IMG/VR virus record: IMGVR_UViG_3300031673_000021
Span: 1 to 64,000 of that record
Length of the DNA: 64,000 bases
From: a virus
Strand: one strand, 5' to 3'
The translations under genes and the position numbers were made by a program. Below are positions 1-9,300 of this stretch, one piece after another; positions within the stretch are counted from its first letter, which is position 1, and every line of letters starts with the position of its first letter. Below the pieces are notes generated by a model. The model had not been told where the DNA came from. It was given only the letters and a program-made list of their open reading frames with translations, and ran no database searches.

Positions 1-255
1 GACTTCCACATTGCGTCGAACCGCACAACATCCTGTTCGTCCCAAACGAAGTTGAGATCCTCTAGTGCGGTGTATATCTTGCGCCGACTCTCAGACAGAT
101 ACCGCGACTGGATCTGCTGCTCTGCATGGGTCAACTGTTGCAAATCATGGGATAGGTTCACTCAGAGCACCCATTTCAACAACGCACAGAGTCCGATGAA
201 GATCGCCAGCACAACACCAGACCACACTACTGCTGCGTAGAGCGGGTTTCCATCC

Positions 256-705
256 TCACCGGAGCCGTCTAATCTCATCCGGTTTCACCACCTTCAGCGA
301 GATTCCGTAACGTTTCTCAAACAGTCTCAACCGAAGTGAGAAGTCACGCGCCGCATGCCCCTTGACATCCACGACTTCGACATGACCATCTGGATATGTG
401 ACCTCGAAGTCTGCGGTATACTTGATCGCCTGCCGTGCTTTACCGTCTGCGTTGCGGTACTTCTCTTGAAGCAGGTACTCTGGTTGTAGTCGAAAGTCTG
501 CAATCTCTCCTGCCTGCTTCCGTGCAAGGAGTTCCAGGTAGTAGTTTCTTTCGGCTTGACTGGCGAAGGTGATACCGTTGAATGTGGTCTTACGTGCGCC
601 GTATTTGTTCGGTTTAGGCGGCTTGGGCGGTGGCGGAGTGTTGATGATGTCCTGAACCAACCGTCCCTCTTTGGTCCACGACCGCACCAGTGATTGTCTG
701 CTCAT
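256..705 (-). CDS. DUF1064-like PD-(D/E)XK nuclease (phage resolvase-like)
   Basis: 149-aa ORF. 'GITFASQAERNYYLEL' is followed by 'ADFEV...VEVVDVKG', a D...(D/E)xK-type motif in the layout I associate with DUF1064 phage proteins. Confidence 0.55.
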   Translation of the reverse strand: MSRQSLVRSWTKEGRLVQDIINTPPPPKPPKPNKYGARKTTFNGITFASQAERNYYLELLARKQAGEIADFRLQPEYLLQEKYRNADGKARQAIKYTADFEVTYPDGHVEVVDVKGHAARDFSLRLRLFEKRYGISLKVVKPDEIRRLR

Positions 706-1073
706 ACCTCCAGTACCTCTAAGGCCGCATCCAACTCACGTTCGCAATCAACTTCCACCACGGTGCCTCGATACATCTGGAAGTTTTTGACCGCTTCCAC
801 AACTCTCTCTAACATCGCCATTCGTTTTTTTGAGTCGTGCAATTGTTGTGCCAGTTCAACCTGTTCACGCATGAGATGCAAACATTCTGCGTTTAGCTCT
901 TTGCGCGGCATGGCCTTAATCTTGTCGGTGTCACGTTGAGTGATTGTCAAGATTGATTCACTCACTTCTCCATCGCCTCCAATGCGTCGTATTTGTTGGT
1001 CATACCTCATCACCCCATGCATCCCATCCATCCACACGCTGTCTTGCGAACAATTCAATCCGTGGTATGTCAC
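702..1073 (-). CDS. hypothetical early protein (coiled-coil-like)
   Basis: 123-aa ORF, 4-nt overlap with the downstream gene. Its first 74 nt overlap the methylase gene, so the true start may be the in-frame ATG at 1031, 1022 or 1010. Confidence 0.5.
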   Translation of the reverse strand: MTYHGLNCSQDSVWMDGMHGVMRYDQQIRRIGGDGEVSESILTITQRDTDKIKAMPRKELNAECLHLMREQVELAQQLHDSKKRMAMLERVVEAVKNFQMYRGTVVEVDCERELDAALEVLEV

Positions 1074-1536
1074 CCATTAGTTGCACAATCCGGTCTCTTA
1101 TCTCATCCGGCTTGCGACTGTGCTCTCGTCGCTCGCTGATAATCACAGAGCGCACGGCAGCGGAAATTCGTTTCGGCTTGCCCCTGGTAGCCAACAAACA
1201 AGGCTCTGCGTTCGCTCGCGTCCAGTTCCCCATGCCAAGTGACAATTTCCCGTTCTTCGCTATCTTGGCCCACGTGAACGCGACGGTTTTGTAAGTGAAC
1301 CCCCATGCGTTCAGTACCTCAAATGCTTCTGACAACATCGGATAGGTCGCCCACATAAACAGCGCACAGTCATCGGCGGCTATCGACCGCATCGGCAATC
1401 CCTTTATGTCATCCAGCGACATGACCGAATATTTGAAACCTGCACCGCGTTCTCCCGCTGTGGCCTTGTCGCGATAAGACCACGGTGGATCGGCGTAAAT
1501 GACGGTATACTGCTTATCCGGAAACGGAATCATCAT
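1000..1536 (-). CDS. MT-A70-type N6-adenine DNA methyltransferase
   Basis: 178 aa. 'VIYADPPWSY' carries the DPPW catalytic motif, and the size is typical of orphan phage methylases. Confidence 0.85.
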   Translation of the reverse strand: MMIPFPDKQYTVIYADPPWSYRDKATAGERGAGFKYSVMSLDDIKGLPMRSIAADDCALFMWATYPMLSEAFEVLNAWGFTYKTVAFTWAKIAKNGKLSLGMGNWTRANAEPCLLATRGKPKRISAAVRSVIISERREHSRKPDEIRDRIVQLMGDIPRIELFARQRVDGWDAWGDEV

Positions 1537-1801
1537 AGGCCCGCAGATCCTTTCCAGTCACATCGCGAATGGACATGGCACAGTAGCCGTCTGCAAGCCA
1601 TGGACCGCCACGCAGAATATGCGTTACCTTGCGAGTGCAAAAACTACCGGTGTACTCACCAGTGTTTGGATCCCATTCCCGAAGCAGGAGAATATCACCG
1701 ACCTCAAATCCCCGGTCATCCTTGCGAAGTTCTACTCTCTTTCTGTCGTCATAAAGGTCTTGGAAGAACTCCGGCCAAACCTTCAGTTCATGTCGTCTCA
1801 C
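1514..1801 (-). CDS. ASCH/DUF3850-like small protein
   Basis: 95 aa. 'HELKVWPEFFQ...KRVELRKDDRGFEVGDILLLREW' matches my memory of DUF3850/ASCH-fold phage proteins. Confidence 0.55.
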   Translation of the reverse strand: MRRHELKVWPEFFQDLYDDRKRVELRKDDRGFEVGDILLLREWDPNTGEYTGSFCTRKVTHILRGGPWLADGYCAMSIRDVTGKDLRAYDDSVSG

Positions 1802-2172
1802 TTCTCCATCGCCTCCAATTCCGCGAGTGCATTGTCTAATTTTTTTCGCATAAAAAACTCACTTGAGGTTTCGTTGATTGGTCGATCAAGCGATTCCTTG
1901 CGATAATATTTCGCGTAATTTGCTACCCGTTCCAACGCCGCTATCCGCTTGGCTGTGGCTTCTCCTGCTGCGGAGGATTCAAGCGCAGAGGACGCCTTAT
2001 CAAACGCTTCCCGCTCAACGTCAGCAAACTGTTCCTCGTACATCTCCCAGTGTTCTAGTGCAATCTGGAAGTGCTCTCGCATCTCCACCAGTGCGGCTTG
2101 TTGCTCGGAAATCTTGCGATCTCTGTCCTCGATGATGGCTCGATACCACTCTATTTTCTGTTGCTCAGTCAT
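1798..2172 (-). CDS. hypothetical early protein
   Basis: 124-aa helical, charged ORF with a 4-nt overlap with the downstream gene. No motif recognised. Confidence 0.55.
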   Translation of the reverse strand: MTEQQKIEWYRAIIEDRDRKISEQQAALVEMREHFQIALEHWEMYEEQFADVEREAFDKASSALESSAAGEATAKRIAALERVANYAKYYRKESLDRPINETSSEFFMRKKLDNALAELEAMEK

Positions 2173-2368
2173 GATTCATCGACTCCCTCTCCGCTAATCT
2201 CGCGACACGGTCCAACGTGCCAAGGTGCTGTACCTCTCGTAGCTCACCGTCTCTGCCGTGTTTGTAGGCTACGCACAGATAGCGACCCGGTTCAACCTCG
2301 CGCACCGTTGCAGGGTCCACGTAGTACGCGGTGTCCGAGTGGTAGACGCATATGCAGGTGTCAGTCAT
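2165..2368 (-). CDS. hypothetical early protein
   Basis: 67-aa ORF packed in the operon (8-nt overlap downstream). No motif recognised. Confidence 0.45.
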   Translation of the reverse strand: MTDTCICVYHSDTAYYVDPATVREVEPGRYLCVAYKHGRDGELREVQHLGTLDRVARLAERESMNHD

Positions 2369-2371
2369 GAT

Positions 2372-2635
2372 TCATACCTCCAGTTCTAGCGCCAGCTGCA
2401 CCGGCTCACTTATCGCACTGTCCAGCTCCTCAAATGCCCATATCATTGCCGCTACCTCAGCCAACGCACCGTGTTCCTCAGCCTCTGCGTTTAGCCACTC
2501 CATGCGGTCTGTGAAGTACAGGTGCAGAAAGTGTAGGTCATCCGCTCCCTTCGCCCGCACGGCCTCGCGCGCCAACGTCAGAGCCTCGTCTAGGCGGTGT
2601 ATCTCAGCTTGCGCGACCGCGTTGTCCTCCATCAC
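2372..2635 (-). CDS. hypothetical early protein (acidic, helical)
   Basis: 87-aa ORF with a 4-nt overlap with the upstream gene. No motif recognised. Confidence 0.5.
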   Translation of the reverse strand: MMEDNAVAQAEIHRLDEALTLAREAVRAKGADDLHFLHLYFTDRMEWLNAEAEEHGALAEVAAMIWAFEELDSAISEPVQLALELEV

Positions 2636-3192
2636 TTACCACCCCTCAACAGAATCCGTACTTGCACCTGCTGTACACCGAGTTTCACGGCCTTGGCAGC
2701 ATCCCAGACAAAGACGTCGATGTGCTTGCCCTTGATCGCGCCACCTGTGTCAAGCGCCTGTAACACCTGCGTCTGCCCATCCGCAAACTTGACCTCAATC
2801 ACGCTGCCGAGTGGTATCTGCTTTGGATCGACAGCACACGTCCAGCCTTGATGCACGGTCTTACCGCTGTACGTCACCAGTCCGTCACCTTCGCCGCCTG
2901 TCGGTGCGTAAAACGTCGCCTTGAACGCCTGCCATGGCCCGGGTGACATCTGCAGGAGTCCGATGTGCCTGCTGGCTTTGATCTCCGTCCGTTGCATCGC
3001 CACCAGACTCTGTAGGTTCTGCACCTGTGCCTTTGCGGCCAATGACTGATACTGTGCCGCCTGTGCCCGCTGTGACAGCGCCAGAGCCTGCGTGTGAGCC
3101 TGCGTAAACTCATATGACAAGTAGAGTACCGACGCAATCAGTGCAGAGGCGAGAAGACCCAGTGTGTGCGTCCTGTGTGCGTTCATGGTCAC
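2632..3192 (-). CDS. membrane-anchored 3D-domain (MltA/YabE-type) protein
   Basis: 186 aa. N-terminal hydrophobic anchor 'LGLLASALIASVLYL', a Q/A-rich segment, and C-terminal 'CAVDPKQIPLGS' and 'ALDTGGAIKGKHIDVF' typical of the 3D domain. Confidence 0.7.
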   Translation of the reverse strand: MTMNAHRTHTLGLLASALIASVLYLSYEFTQAHTQALALSQRAQAAQYQSLAAKAQVQNLQSLVAMQRTEIKASRHIGLLQMSPGPWQAFKATFYAPTGGEGDGLVTYSGKTVHQGWTCAVDPKQIPLGSVIEVKFADGQTQVLQALDTGGAIKGKHIDVFVWDAAKAVKLGVQQVQVRILLRGGK

Positions 3193-4040
3193 ACCTCCAC
3201 CAGGCTGTAGTTCAGTTCGATGCCTGCCGCCCGTTCCTCCGGTGTCAATCCCATTAGCACCCGATGTCCTTCCGACCGCTCGTGAATCCTGCGCCCAATT
3301 GCTTCGTCGATGGCGAATATCTCTTGTGTTGTTCTCTCACTGCATACCATCATTGGCAGGCAATTTTGGTAGCGATAGTTGACGACACCGAACAGTTGCT
3401 CGAGCATGAAATCCGTTGGCTTCTGTCGTCCTTTGTAGAGGTCGTCGATGTACAGAACCTCCACATGTTTCATGGCTTCCGTGCGTTTTTGCAGATCGTC
3501 GAGCTTGTCCTTCAAATCGTTAAACCCTTCAACCCACGGGAAGTATTGCACCGCGACACCCTTACGCATTAAACCGTTTGCAATCGCCATGAGCAGATGC
3601 GTCTTTCCACTCCCTGGAGGTCCATAGAGCACAATGCTGTTTGCTCGAGTGCTGCGTATCTCGTCAAATCGGTTGTAGTAGTCAAGTGACGTGTCTCGAG
3701 CCTGCTTTGCACATTGGGGCCGGCTGTCTGTGATGAATCCACGAAAGCCAACGCTGCGAAACTGGTCTGTGATGTGGCTCGACCTGAACAGCCGCTCAAT
3801 ACGCTTACGCTCCACGCAGGTACATTGACGGAATGTGTGTTCGCGCTTCTGATGGTTCTCATCCCACAACCTCGAGTCGCCCATTGCAATTTCCTCTCGA
3901 GTCTCAGCAAGAACGATGACAACGCCCTGGTCACGACACTTCGCGCACTCGTACTCAGTAGGTTCCGGGTTGCGTTGGGATTCCTTTGCGTGTTCCTTGG
4001 CTATTGCTTCGACTTGTTCCACTGCGGACTTTATATTCAC
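3189..4040 (-). CDS. DnaC/DnaI-like AAA+ helicase loader
   Basis: Walker A 'GPPGSGKTHLL', Walker B 'VLYIDDL', and N-terminal Cys pairs. GTG start at 4040 with GGAGGTG 6 nt upstream. Confidence 0.85.
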   Translation of the reverse strand: MNIKSAVEQVEAIAKEHAKESQRNPEPTEYECAKCRDQGVVIVLAETREEIAMGDSRLWDENHQKREHTFRQCTCVERKRIERLFRSSHITDQFRSVGFRGFITDSRPQCAKQARDTSLDYYNRFDEIRSTRANSIVLYGPPGSGKTHLLMAIANGLMRKGVAVQYFPWVEGFNDLKDKLDDLQKRTEAMKHVEVLYIDDLYKGRQKPTDFMLEQLFGVVNYRYQNCLPMMVCSERTTQEIFAIDEAIGRRIHERSEGHRVLMGLTPEERAAGIELNYSLVEV

Positions 4041-4716
4041 GCTTTACACCTCCTGCAGCTGCTTCCACACCAGCTCGCTCAGCTTCTGATTTTTGGAGTG
4101 CTTGCAAGTCATAGATGCCTTCCTCCACAAGATTTCTCAGGGTTCCGATTGCATAATTAAGTGACTTCCCATTGATTCGTGCCTTGCGCATAACCGTCTT
4201 GACCAACTCGAGATCCGAGCCGTGATCAACGTACTGCGCAAGTTCGAGAATTTGAGTCGTATTTGCGGGTTTCCCCCACAACAGTTCATAAGTGTCGTCA
4301 ATTTCTTTTTCCGTCGTGCGCGTGCCACTACTACGACTACTGTCTTGTTTAGTTTCTTTTTCTTTAACTAATGTGCTCATACCGTGACTCGCACCGTGAC
4401 TCATGTGGTGTCCGTCCGGTGACTCATGCTGTGACTCAAATTTAACGATCAGGTATTTACCCGCTTGATTTGCCTTGCCTGATTTCTCGTACTGGATGCG
4501 GCACTTCTGAACCAAAAAGTTACGGCATCGGTCCAATTGCTGACGTGACAATCCGGTCTTGACTTGAAGCGTTAGATTGGAAACGGTGAATTCCTCGCTC
4601 CATCCCGTCCTGTTGTTTATGGCCATGAGTGTGTACCATAAGGCAACGACGCCTGTTGAACATGGATTCGACTCCAACCAATCGAAAAACGCATTAAGCT
4701 CCCGAAGATAGTTCAT
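3955..4716 (-). CDS. DnaD-domain replication initiation / replisome organizer protein
   Basis: 253 aa. C-terminal 'LELVKTVMRKARINGKSLNYAIGTLRN' is a DnaD/DnaB_2-like repeat. It sits directly upstream of the loader gene, and its last 86 nt overlap that gene. Confidence 0.7.
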   Translation of the reverse strand: MNYLRELNAFFDWLESNPCSTGVVALWYTLMAINNRTGWSEEFTVSNLTLQVKTGLSRQQLDRCRNFLVQKCRIQYEKSGKANQAGKYLIVKFESQHESPDGHHMSHGASHGMSTLVKEKETKQDSSRSSGTRTTEKEIDDTYELLWGKPANTTQILELAQYVDHGSDLELVKTVMRKARINGKSLNYAIGTLRNLVEEGIYDLQALQKSEAERAGVEAAAGGVKREYKVRSGTSRSNSQGTRKGIPTQPGTY

Positions 4717-4724
4717 GGCATCAC

Positions 4725-5282
4725 CTATTCGTCGTCGTCTTCAAAGCGTTCTGGAAAGAGCGCCATCATTACGTCGGAGTAAATATCCAGATTCCCTTTC
4801 ACAATTTCCGAACCGGAATATCTAAGAACCTTGTACCCTTTGGCCTGCAGAAACCTATCCCGCTGTTTATCTGCCGCAACCTTGTCTTTGGTTTTCTCGT
4901 GGAAGTCGTGCCCATCACATTCGATGACAAGTTTTCTCGTGGCGTTATAGAAGACCATGAAATCAACTCGATATTTTCCGATGCTGTACTGTGGGAAAAC
5001 ATCGAGTGCAATCTCTGGCTCGGCAACCACACTCCCAAACTTCACTTGCATGAGGCGGAGATACATCATGTGTTCAATTGGTGTTAAATTCAACGCATTG
5101 GCCCGACCAATGGAGCGTGAGGCAATCTCTCCAGTTAGGCGAATAACCTGTCGTACATAGTCAAATTGCTGTCGTTCAACCTCTCCGGTTAATGCCATTT
5201 CGTGAAAGTCATCGCCTAAAACGTCGTTGATTCGCTCAATCAGTTTGTGGATGTCGGGCATTTTCGTGAGCCTCCTTGTCAT
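4725..5282 (-). CDS. DUF559/Vsr-like endonuclease-fold protein
   Basis: 185 aa. C-terminal 'VIECDGHDFHEKTKDKVAADKQRDRFLQAKGYKVLRY' signature. Confidence 0.65.
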   Translation of the reverse strand: MTRRLTKMPDIHKLIERINDVLGDDFHEMALTGEVERQQFDYVRQVIRLTGEIASRSIGRANALNLTPIEHMMYLRLMQVKFGSVVAEPEIALDVFPQYSIGKYRVDFMVFYNATRKLVIECDGHDFHEKTKDKVAADKQRDRFLQAKGYKVLRYSGSEIVKGNLDIYSDVMMALFPERFEDDDE

Positions 5283-5355
5283 ACTGCTTGTACAAAATGC
5301 TTTTACGGTTTGTTCGCGAACACATCATCAGGTGCCATGCATCCTCTGTACTCGC

Positions 5356-5568
5356 TCACGGTGCTGTTACGCTCACGTCCGCTAAGTCACCTATATATCG
5401 CAGTGTTCCGGCCAAATGTTGAATAACTTCCTGCGCGTACTGGTCAATACCGTGCGAGTCCATCCATTCTTTCCGTTGCTCTGTCGTGCAATCCGATAGG
5501 CATTTGCTTCCCCATGAGCCGTCGACCTCTTGTACTCGGATATAGATGCCGTCTAAGTTGCGTTTCAT
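5356..5568 (-). CDS. hypothetical early protein
   Basis: 70-aa ORF in operon orientation. No motif recognised. Confidence 0.45.
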   Translation of the reverse strand: MKRNLDGIYIRVQEVDGSWGSKCLSDCTTEQRKEWMDSHGIDQYAQEVIQHLAGTLRYIGDLADVSVTAP

Positions 5569-5639
5569 CCAAATCCCCTCCCGCGAGCCAGAATGTGTTA
5601 CGCCATACTCAAGAGTTACAAGCGAGCAACCCTACGGAA

Positions 5640-5951
5640 TCAGTTACTCGGCACTTCAATCACTTGCCCTGGATATATCACTGCTGAGACTAACCCGTTT
5701 ACCCTCTCTATCTCCGTGTATACCGCGTCTGTACGGTCTCCCGGATCTGCCTTGGTAGCTATGACCCAGAGCGTGTCTCCGGCTACTACGGTGTACTTGT
5801 GCCATGCCTTGATATGTACACTCTCTGAGTTGATGGCTGACATGGCGGCGTTCATGAGAAGCAGGAGACCAACGAGTAACCCAATCGACCGTGCGGCCCT
5901 TCCTGTGACAGAGGAGCCGGAGCCCCTCCGCTTATTCGTTGTCGCCATCAT
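5640..5951 (-). CDS. membrane-anchored LysM-domain protein
   Basis: Start moved to ATG 5951, because the ORF-table start would overlap recT by 160 nt. Basic N-terminus, TM 'IGLLVGLLLLMNAAM', and LysM 'YTVVAGDTLWVIA...IYPGQVIEVP'. Confidence 0.6.
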   Translation of the reverse strand: MMATTNKRRGSGSSVTGRAARSIGLLVGLLLLMNAAMSAINSESVHIKAWHKYTVVAGDTLWVIATKADPGDRTDAVYTEIERVNGLVSAVIYPGQVIEVPSN

Positions 5952-6813
5952 CCTGGTCCGGTTCCAATGTTGCCCCGCTCTCAGATGCCGCTGTAGCTGT
6001 TTGTGCATCGTCCTGCACTTCGTACCCTTCTGGAGCCAGCGTGACTGTGTTACCGTCCTCCAGAGCTTGCACAGTGTGGTCATCATCGGCAAACGCCTTT
6101 TGCATTTCGACGGACAAGATGCCCCAACGTGATAGCATGTTTCGCAGTACAGTTTTCATCGCCATCGCGTCAAAGTCTTCACGCCATACCTTGCCGTTCG
6201 GCTGCTTGCTGAATCGGTTCTTGTGAGCCTCAACTTGCTCGGCTGTCCAATACACAGTCTTGTGGAATCCGTTCACCAATTCGAAGTACGCGGCATATCC
6301 GACCACCTTGTCGGACGTAGCGCAATCCTGGTCAAACTCGAGTTCTTCGGTCAGGCGGTTGAACTTTATCAACTCACCCTCGTAGACAGAAATCACATTG
6401 ATTGAGCGGTACTGACCTGTGCGCAACGCCAATTGGATGTACCCTTTGTAGCCAAGTTGGAACTGCGCCCGCAGAGTCTGTGTCTTGTTGTCTTTGTACG
6501 CAATCACCCACGCATAGCCGAGGTTCTTGTCGATTGGCAGGTTGAGTGTCGCGGCAACCATCGCTGACCCAATGACCGTCATTGGCTCCGCCTGCTGCAG
6601 ATACGGATCTCCGTTGACCAGGTTGATGATGCTTGACATGAATTGCGGTGCGCGGTCTTTCATCACGTCCTCAAACCGTTTCTTCATCGCCGGTGCATCG
6701 AGCAGTTGTTTGATGGTGTTCCCGACCGTGTTCTGGTTCTGGTGGTTACGGTTCTGAATTTGGTTTTTGACGCTTTGATTGGTGCCCATGTCAACGGACC
6801 TCCTTAATATCAA
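5932..6813 (-). CDS. recT: RecT-family single-strand annealing protein
   Basis: 293 aa. 'FQLGYKGYIQLALRTGQY' core and overall RecT pattern, adjacent to the YqaJ exonuclease gene. Confidence 0.85.
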   Translation of the reverse strand: MILRRSVDMGTNQSVKNQIQNRNHQNQNTVGNTIKQLLDAPAMKKRFEDVMKDRAPQFMSSIINLVNGDPYLQQAEPMTVIGSAMVAATLNLPIDKNLGYAWVIAYKDNKTQTLRAQFQLGYKGYIQLALRTGQYRSINVISVYEGELIKFNRLTEELEFDQDCATSDKVVGYAAYFELVNGFHKTVYWTAEQVEAHKNRFSKQPNGKVWREDFDAMAMKTVLRNMLSRWGILSVEMQKAFADDDHTVQALEDGNTVTLAPEGYEVQDDAQTATAASESGATLEPDQDDGDNE

Positions 6814-7732
6814 ATCGGCGTGATGTGCTTGGCTTGGCGTATTGCTCAGACATTTCTGGGTGTTCTGACTGAAATGTCTTGGTGTCGAATCGGTAGCTCG
6901 TGATAGTCTTCCAGTTCACCTGATACGCACCAACGAACCCCGTTTCGGCATCTTGCAGTTCTGCTTTGATTTGGTTCTCAATGGTCTTCTCTTGCGTTTC
7001 CAGAGCCTTGATTTGTGTTTTGACGGACAGTAGTTGCTCAATCTGATCCCGGTAGGATGGTGCCAGATTCACGCTCTTGCCTGTTTCACCTTTGGCATAC
7101 CGTTCTTTCACAAATCGTTCTGCGGCACTGGACCCATCCAGTACAGGAGGTTGGTTGCCAAGTACGTGAAACTCCCAAAAATGTTTCTCGGCTTCGATGA
7201 TGATGTTGATTAACTCGTCGTCGCGTTCTATCTCCTTGTACCGGAACTGGTTGCCGCCAATCAGGACTGCAATGTATGCCTTCTGTGCGCCCGTCACCGC
7301 CATGTAGTGTTGCGGTTGGATGATATAAGCGTCTGGTATCTCGTCGTCCTTCCATTCACCCTGTAACCATGCAGATGTCGTCTTGCACTCCAGGATGGCG
7401 TTCTCGGCAACGACCATGCGATCTACGTTGGCAACCATCCACGGATACTCGGAATGTTGCAGAATCGCGTTACGGCGACGGACCTTTTTCCCTGTGCGAA
7501 CCGTGAACTCGTCAGCCACTAGGTCTTCCAGTTTGGTTCCCCAGTAGGCCGCTTCGCTTGATGTTTCCTCAATGTTGATCTGGCCTGTTTTCTCCAGCCA
7601 GAGTTCAAACGGCGTTTTCCACTTGCTGAGTCCGAGGATGACCGGGGCGTCACTACCACCGACACCTTTACGACGCGCTTCCAGCCACTGTGTGCGATTC
7701 ATGTCGTTGGTGGATGTCAGGACCATGCTCAT
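6791..7732 (-). CDS. YqaJ-type (lambda-Exo-like) recombination exonuclease
   Basis: 313 aa. 'WLEARRKGVGGSDAPVILGLSKWKTPFELW' N-terminal signature and an 'ILECK' PD-(D/E)XK element. Confidence 0.85.
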   Translation of the reverse strand: MSMVLTSTNDMNRTQWLEARRKGVGGSDAPVILGLSKWKTPFELWLEKTGQINIEETSSEAAYWGTKLEDLVADEFTVRTGKKVRRRNAILQHSEYPWMVANVDRMVVAENAILECKTTSAWLQGEWKDDEIPDAYIIQPQHYMAVTGAQKAYIAVLIGGNQFRYKEIERDDELINIIIEAEKHFWEFHVLGNQPPVLDGSSAAERFVKERYAKGETGKSVNLAPSYRDQIEQLLSVKTQIKALETQEKTIENQIKAELQDAETGFVGAYQVNWKTITSYRFDTKTFQSEHPEMSEQYAKPSTSRRFDIKEVR

Positions 7733-7971
7733 TCTCCATACCTCCGCCCATTACTGAATGGAACGTCACGTCCGACGACTCCGAGAATTGGCTTGTGTTT
7801 CTCGTATCTATCCATTTTGATGATGAATTTCTGCGCCTGATCTTTGGTCATGTTGCTTAAATCCCCAGTGGGGAAGTGTTTCTTAAAGTGCTCCTCAACA
7901 AATTCCCTGCCGCGATAGTCGATAAGTCGTTGTATACGACCTAATTGCTTTTCGGTTGGTACCATGCTCAC
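7729..7971 (-). CDS. hypothetical early protein
   Basis: 80-aa ORF with 4-nt overlaps on both sides. Confidence 0.5.
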   Translation of the reverse strand: MSMVPTEKQLGRIQRLIDYRGREFVEEHFKKHFPTGDLSNMTKDQAQKFIIKMDRYEKHKPILGVVGRDVPFSNGRRYGE

Positions 7972-8294
7972 TCTGAGTCACCACCTTGTAGGGCTTCATC
8001 AATAGCCATGATGTCGCTCTCTAGGTGATACCTCACGTAGTGGGAAATCCCGTAGAGACTCACGGCTGATTCGCTTAAATCAGTGTGTCTGCGGATTCTC
8101 ACCAGAGCGGTGATACCGGCTTTGATACCTTCATCAATCAGGTTGTGGTCTTCTTCTGCATAATCCTCGATGTAATCAGAGAAGGATTCCAGGACGTCCA
8201 CCGAACCTTTGTAATGACAGATACGGTTCATATCGGACAAGTCTTCCAACCGTTCCATCACAGCTTGCAACCGTGCGTACAAGTCTTTCATCAC
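7968..8294 (-). CDS. hypothetical early protein (acidic)
   Basis: 108-aa ORF with 4-nt overlaps. The C-terminal '...LQGGDSE' is encoded by the downstream SD. Confidence 0.5.
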   Translation of the reverse strand: MMKDLYARLQAVMERLEDLSDMNRICHYKGSVDVLESFSDYIEDYAEEDHNLIDEGIKAGITALVRIRRHTDLSESAVSLYGISHYVRYHLESDIMAIDEALQGGDSE

Positions 8295-8545
8295 AATCCC
8301 TCCCTACAATCGCTGCACACGTATCTGTCGCGGTCAGGCCATGTACCATCTATCCGCTTGATGTCGTCCATGTGGTGATACTCCTCACACTTGTCACACA
8401 GGGTGTAGTCACTCAGGCAAGCGTCACAGACCCATGTGAGACTTCCGCTGTGACGGACCTTGTTACCCATGTAGTCCCATGTGTCGAACAGTTCGCCGCA
8501 ACCCGGACACGTGAATGACACCTTGACTGGTGTGTAGGTAGTCAT
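8291..8545 (-). CDS. Cys-rich zinc-finger protein
   Basis: 84 aa with four CxxC pairs (CPGC, CDAC, CDKC, CSDC). Confidence 0.55.
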   Translation of the reverse strand: MTTYTPVKVSFTCPGCGELFDTWDYMGNKVRHSGSLTWVCDACLSDYTLCDKCEEYHHMDDIKRIDGTWPDRDRYVCSDCREGL

Positions 8546-8907
8546 TCGATATCCACCCCCACAGCCTTGAGCGCGGCTAGACAGATTGCTTCGGGTGCTG
8601 TTGTCGCCACCGAATATGCAACAACGTTATTTCGTCGCTGGACATCAACTAGGTAAAAGTCGGGATGAGTGTCGATGTCAAGATACAGACCACGTGCCGA
8701 CAGTTCTTCGACGACTTCCCATGCCGCACTGATGTCGGTGGAAGGTTGAAACCTTTTGAATGATGATTCCTTCCAAGTCCGAATCGTCAGTCCGTCTGCG
8801 AAGTAGTCCCATCCATGGTCCTTACGCCAACCCATCACTTTCAAGGCAACAAGTTCATCCCGTTCCCTTGCAGATAGTTCCGACCACTTGATGGTCTCTG
8901 TAGTCAC
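8542..8907 (-). CDS. phage ABA-sandwich-domain-like protein
   Basis: 121 aa. 'RERDELVALKVMGW' and 'DISAAWEVVEEL' are as I recall for this family (not searched). Confidence 0.45.
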   Translation of the reverse strand: MTTETIKWSELSARERDELVALKVMGWRKDHGWDYFADGLTIRTWKESSFKRFQPSTDISAAWEVVEELSARGLYLDIDTHPDFYLVDVQRRNNVVAYSVATTAPEAICLAALKAVGVDIE

Positions 8908-8961
8908 CTTGATTCCCCCTTTCGTGGTATACTTCTGGTGAATGTTTACCTTGCAGCTCTC

Positions 8962-9300
8962 TCAGTGGTCCAACACTGCAGAGAGCTTTTTTACTTGTGC
9001 GTCCAGCTTCCGTTGTATCGGACCGAATGTGTCTGCGGCTCGATGGCTCATGTCTGACCATCCTGAGTACAGACCACGTAGATGCTCGGCTTGCTCTGCG
9101 GTGTCCGAAACCTCGCCGGCCTTTACGCGGTAGCCATGTACCCGGCTCTCGAACAGAGTTACAGTTGCCTGCATTTCGCCGAGCAACGTCTGCATGATCT
9201 CCAGTGCCTCCTGAATTTGTTGGTTACGAGTAGGAGACAGCAGACGGTGTGACGCGATGGTCAGTTCATCCGGCGAGAAGATTTCAATTGGTTGCATCAC
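8962..9300 (-). CDS. hypothetical early protein
   Basis: 112-aa helical ORF with a 4-nt overlap upstream. Confidence 0.5.
   Translation of the reverse strand: MMQPIEIFSPDELTIASHRLLSPTRNQQIQEALEIMQTLLGEMQATVTLFESRVHGYRVKAGEVSDTAEQAEHLRGLYSGWSDMSHRAADTFGPIQRKLDAQVKKLSAVLDH

Noticed and set aside
1-161. An open minus-strand frame running off the left edge ('VNLSHDLQQLTHAEQQIQSRYLSESRRKIYTALEDLNFVWDEQDVVRFDAMWK...', GTG at 161).
   Set aside because: It is probably the start of the next early gene, but it is truncated by the window, lacks a clear SD, and has no recognisable motif. That is not enough to annotate it.
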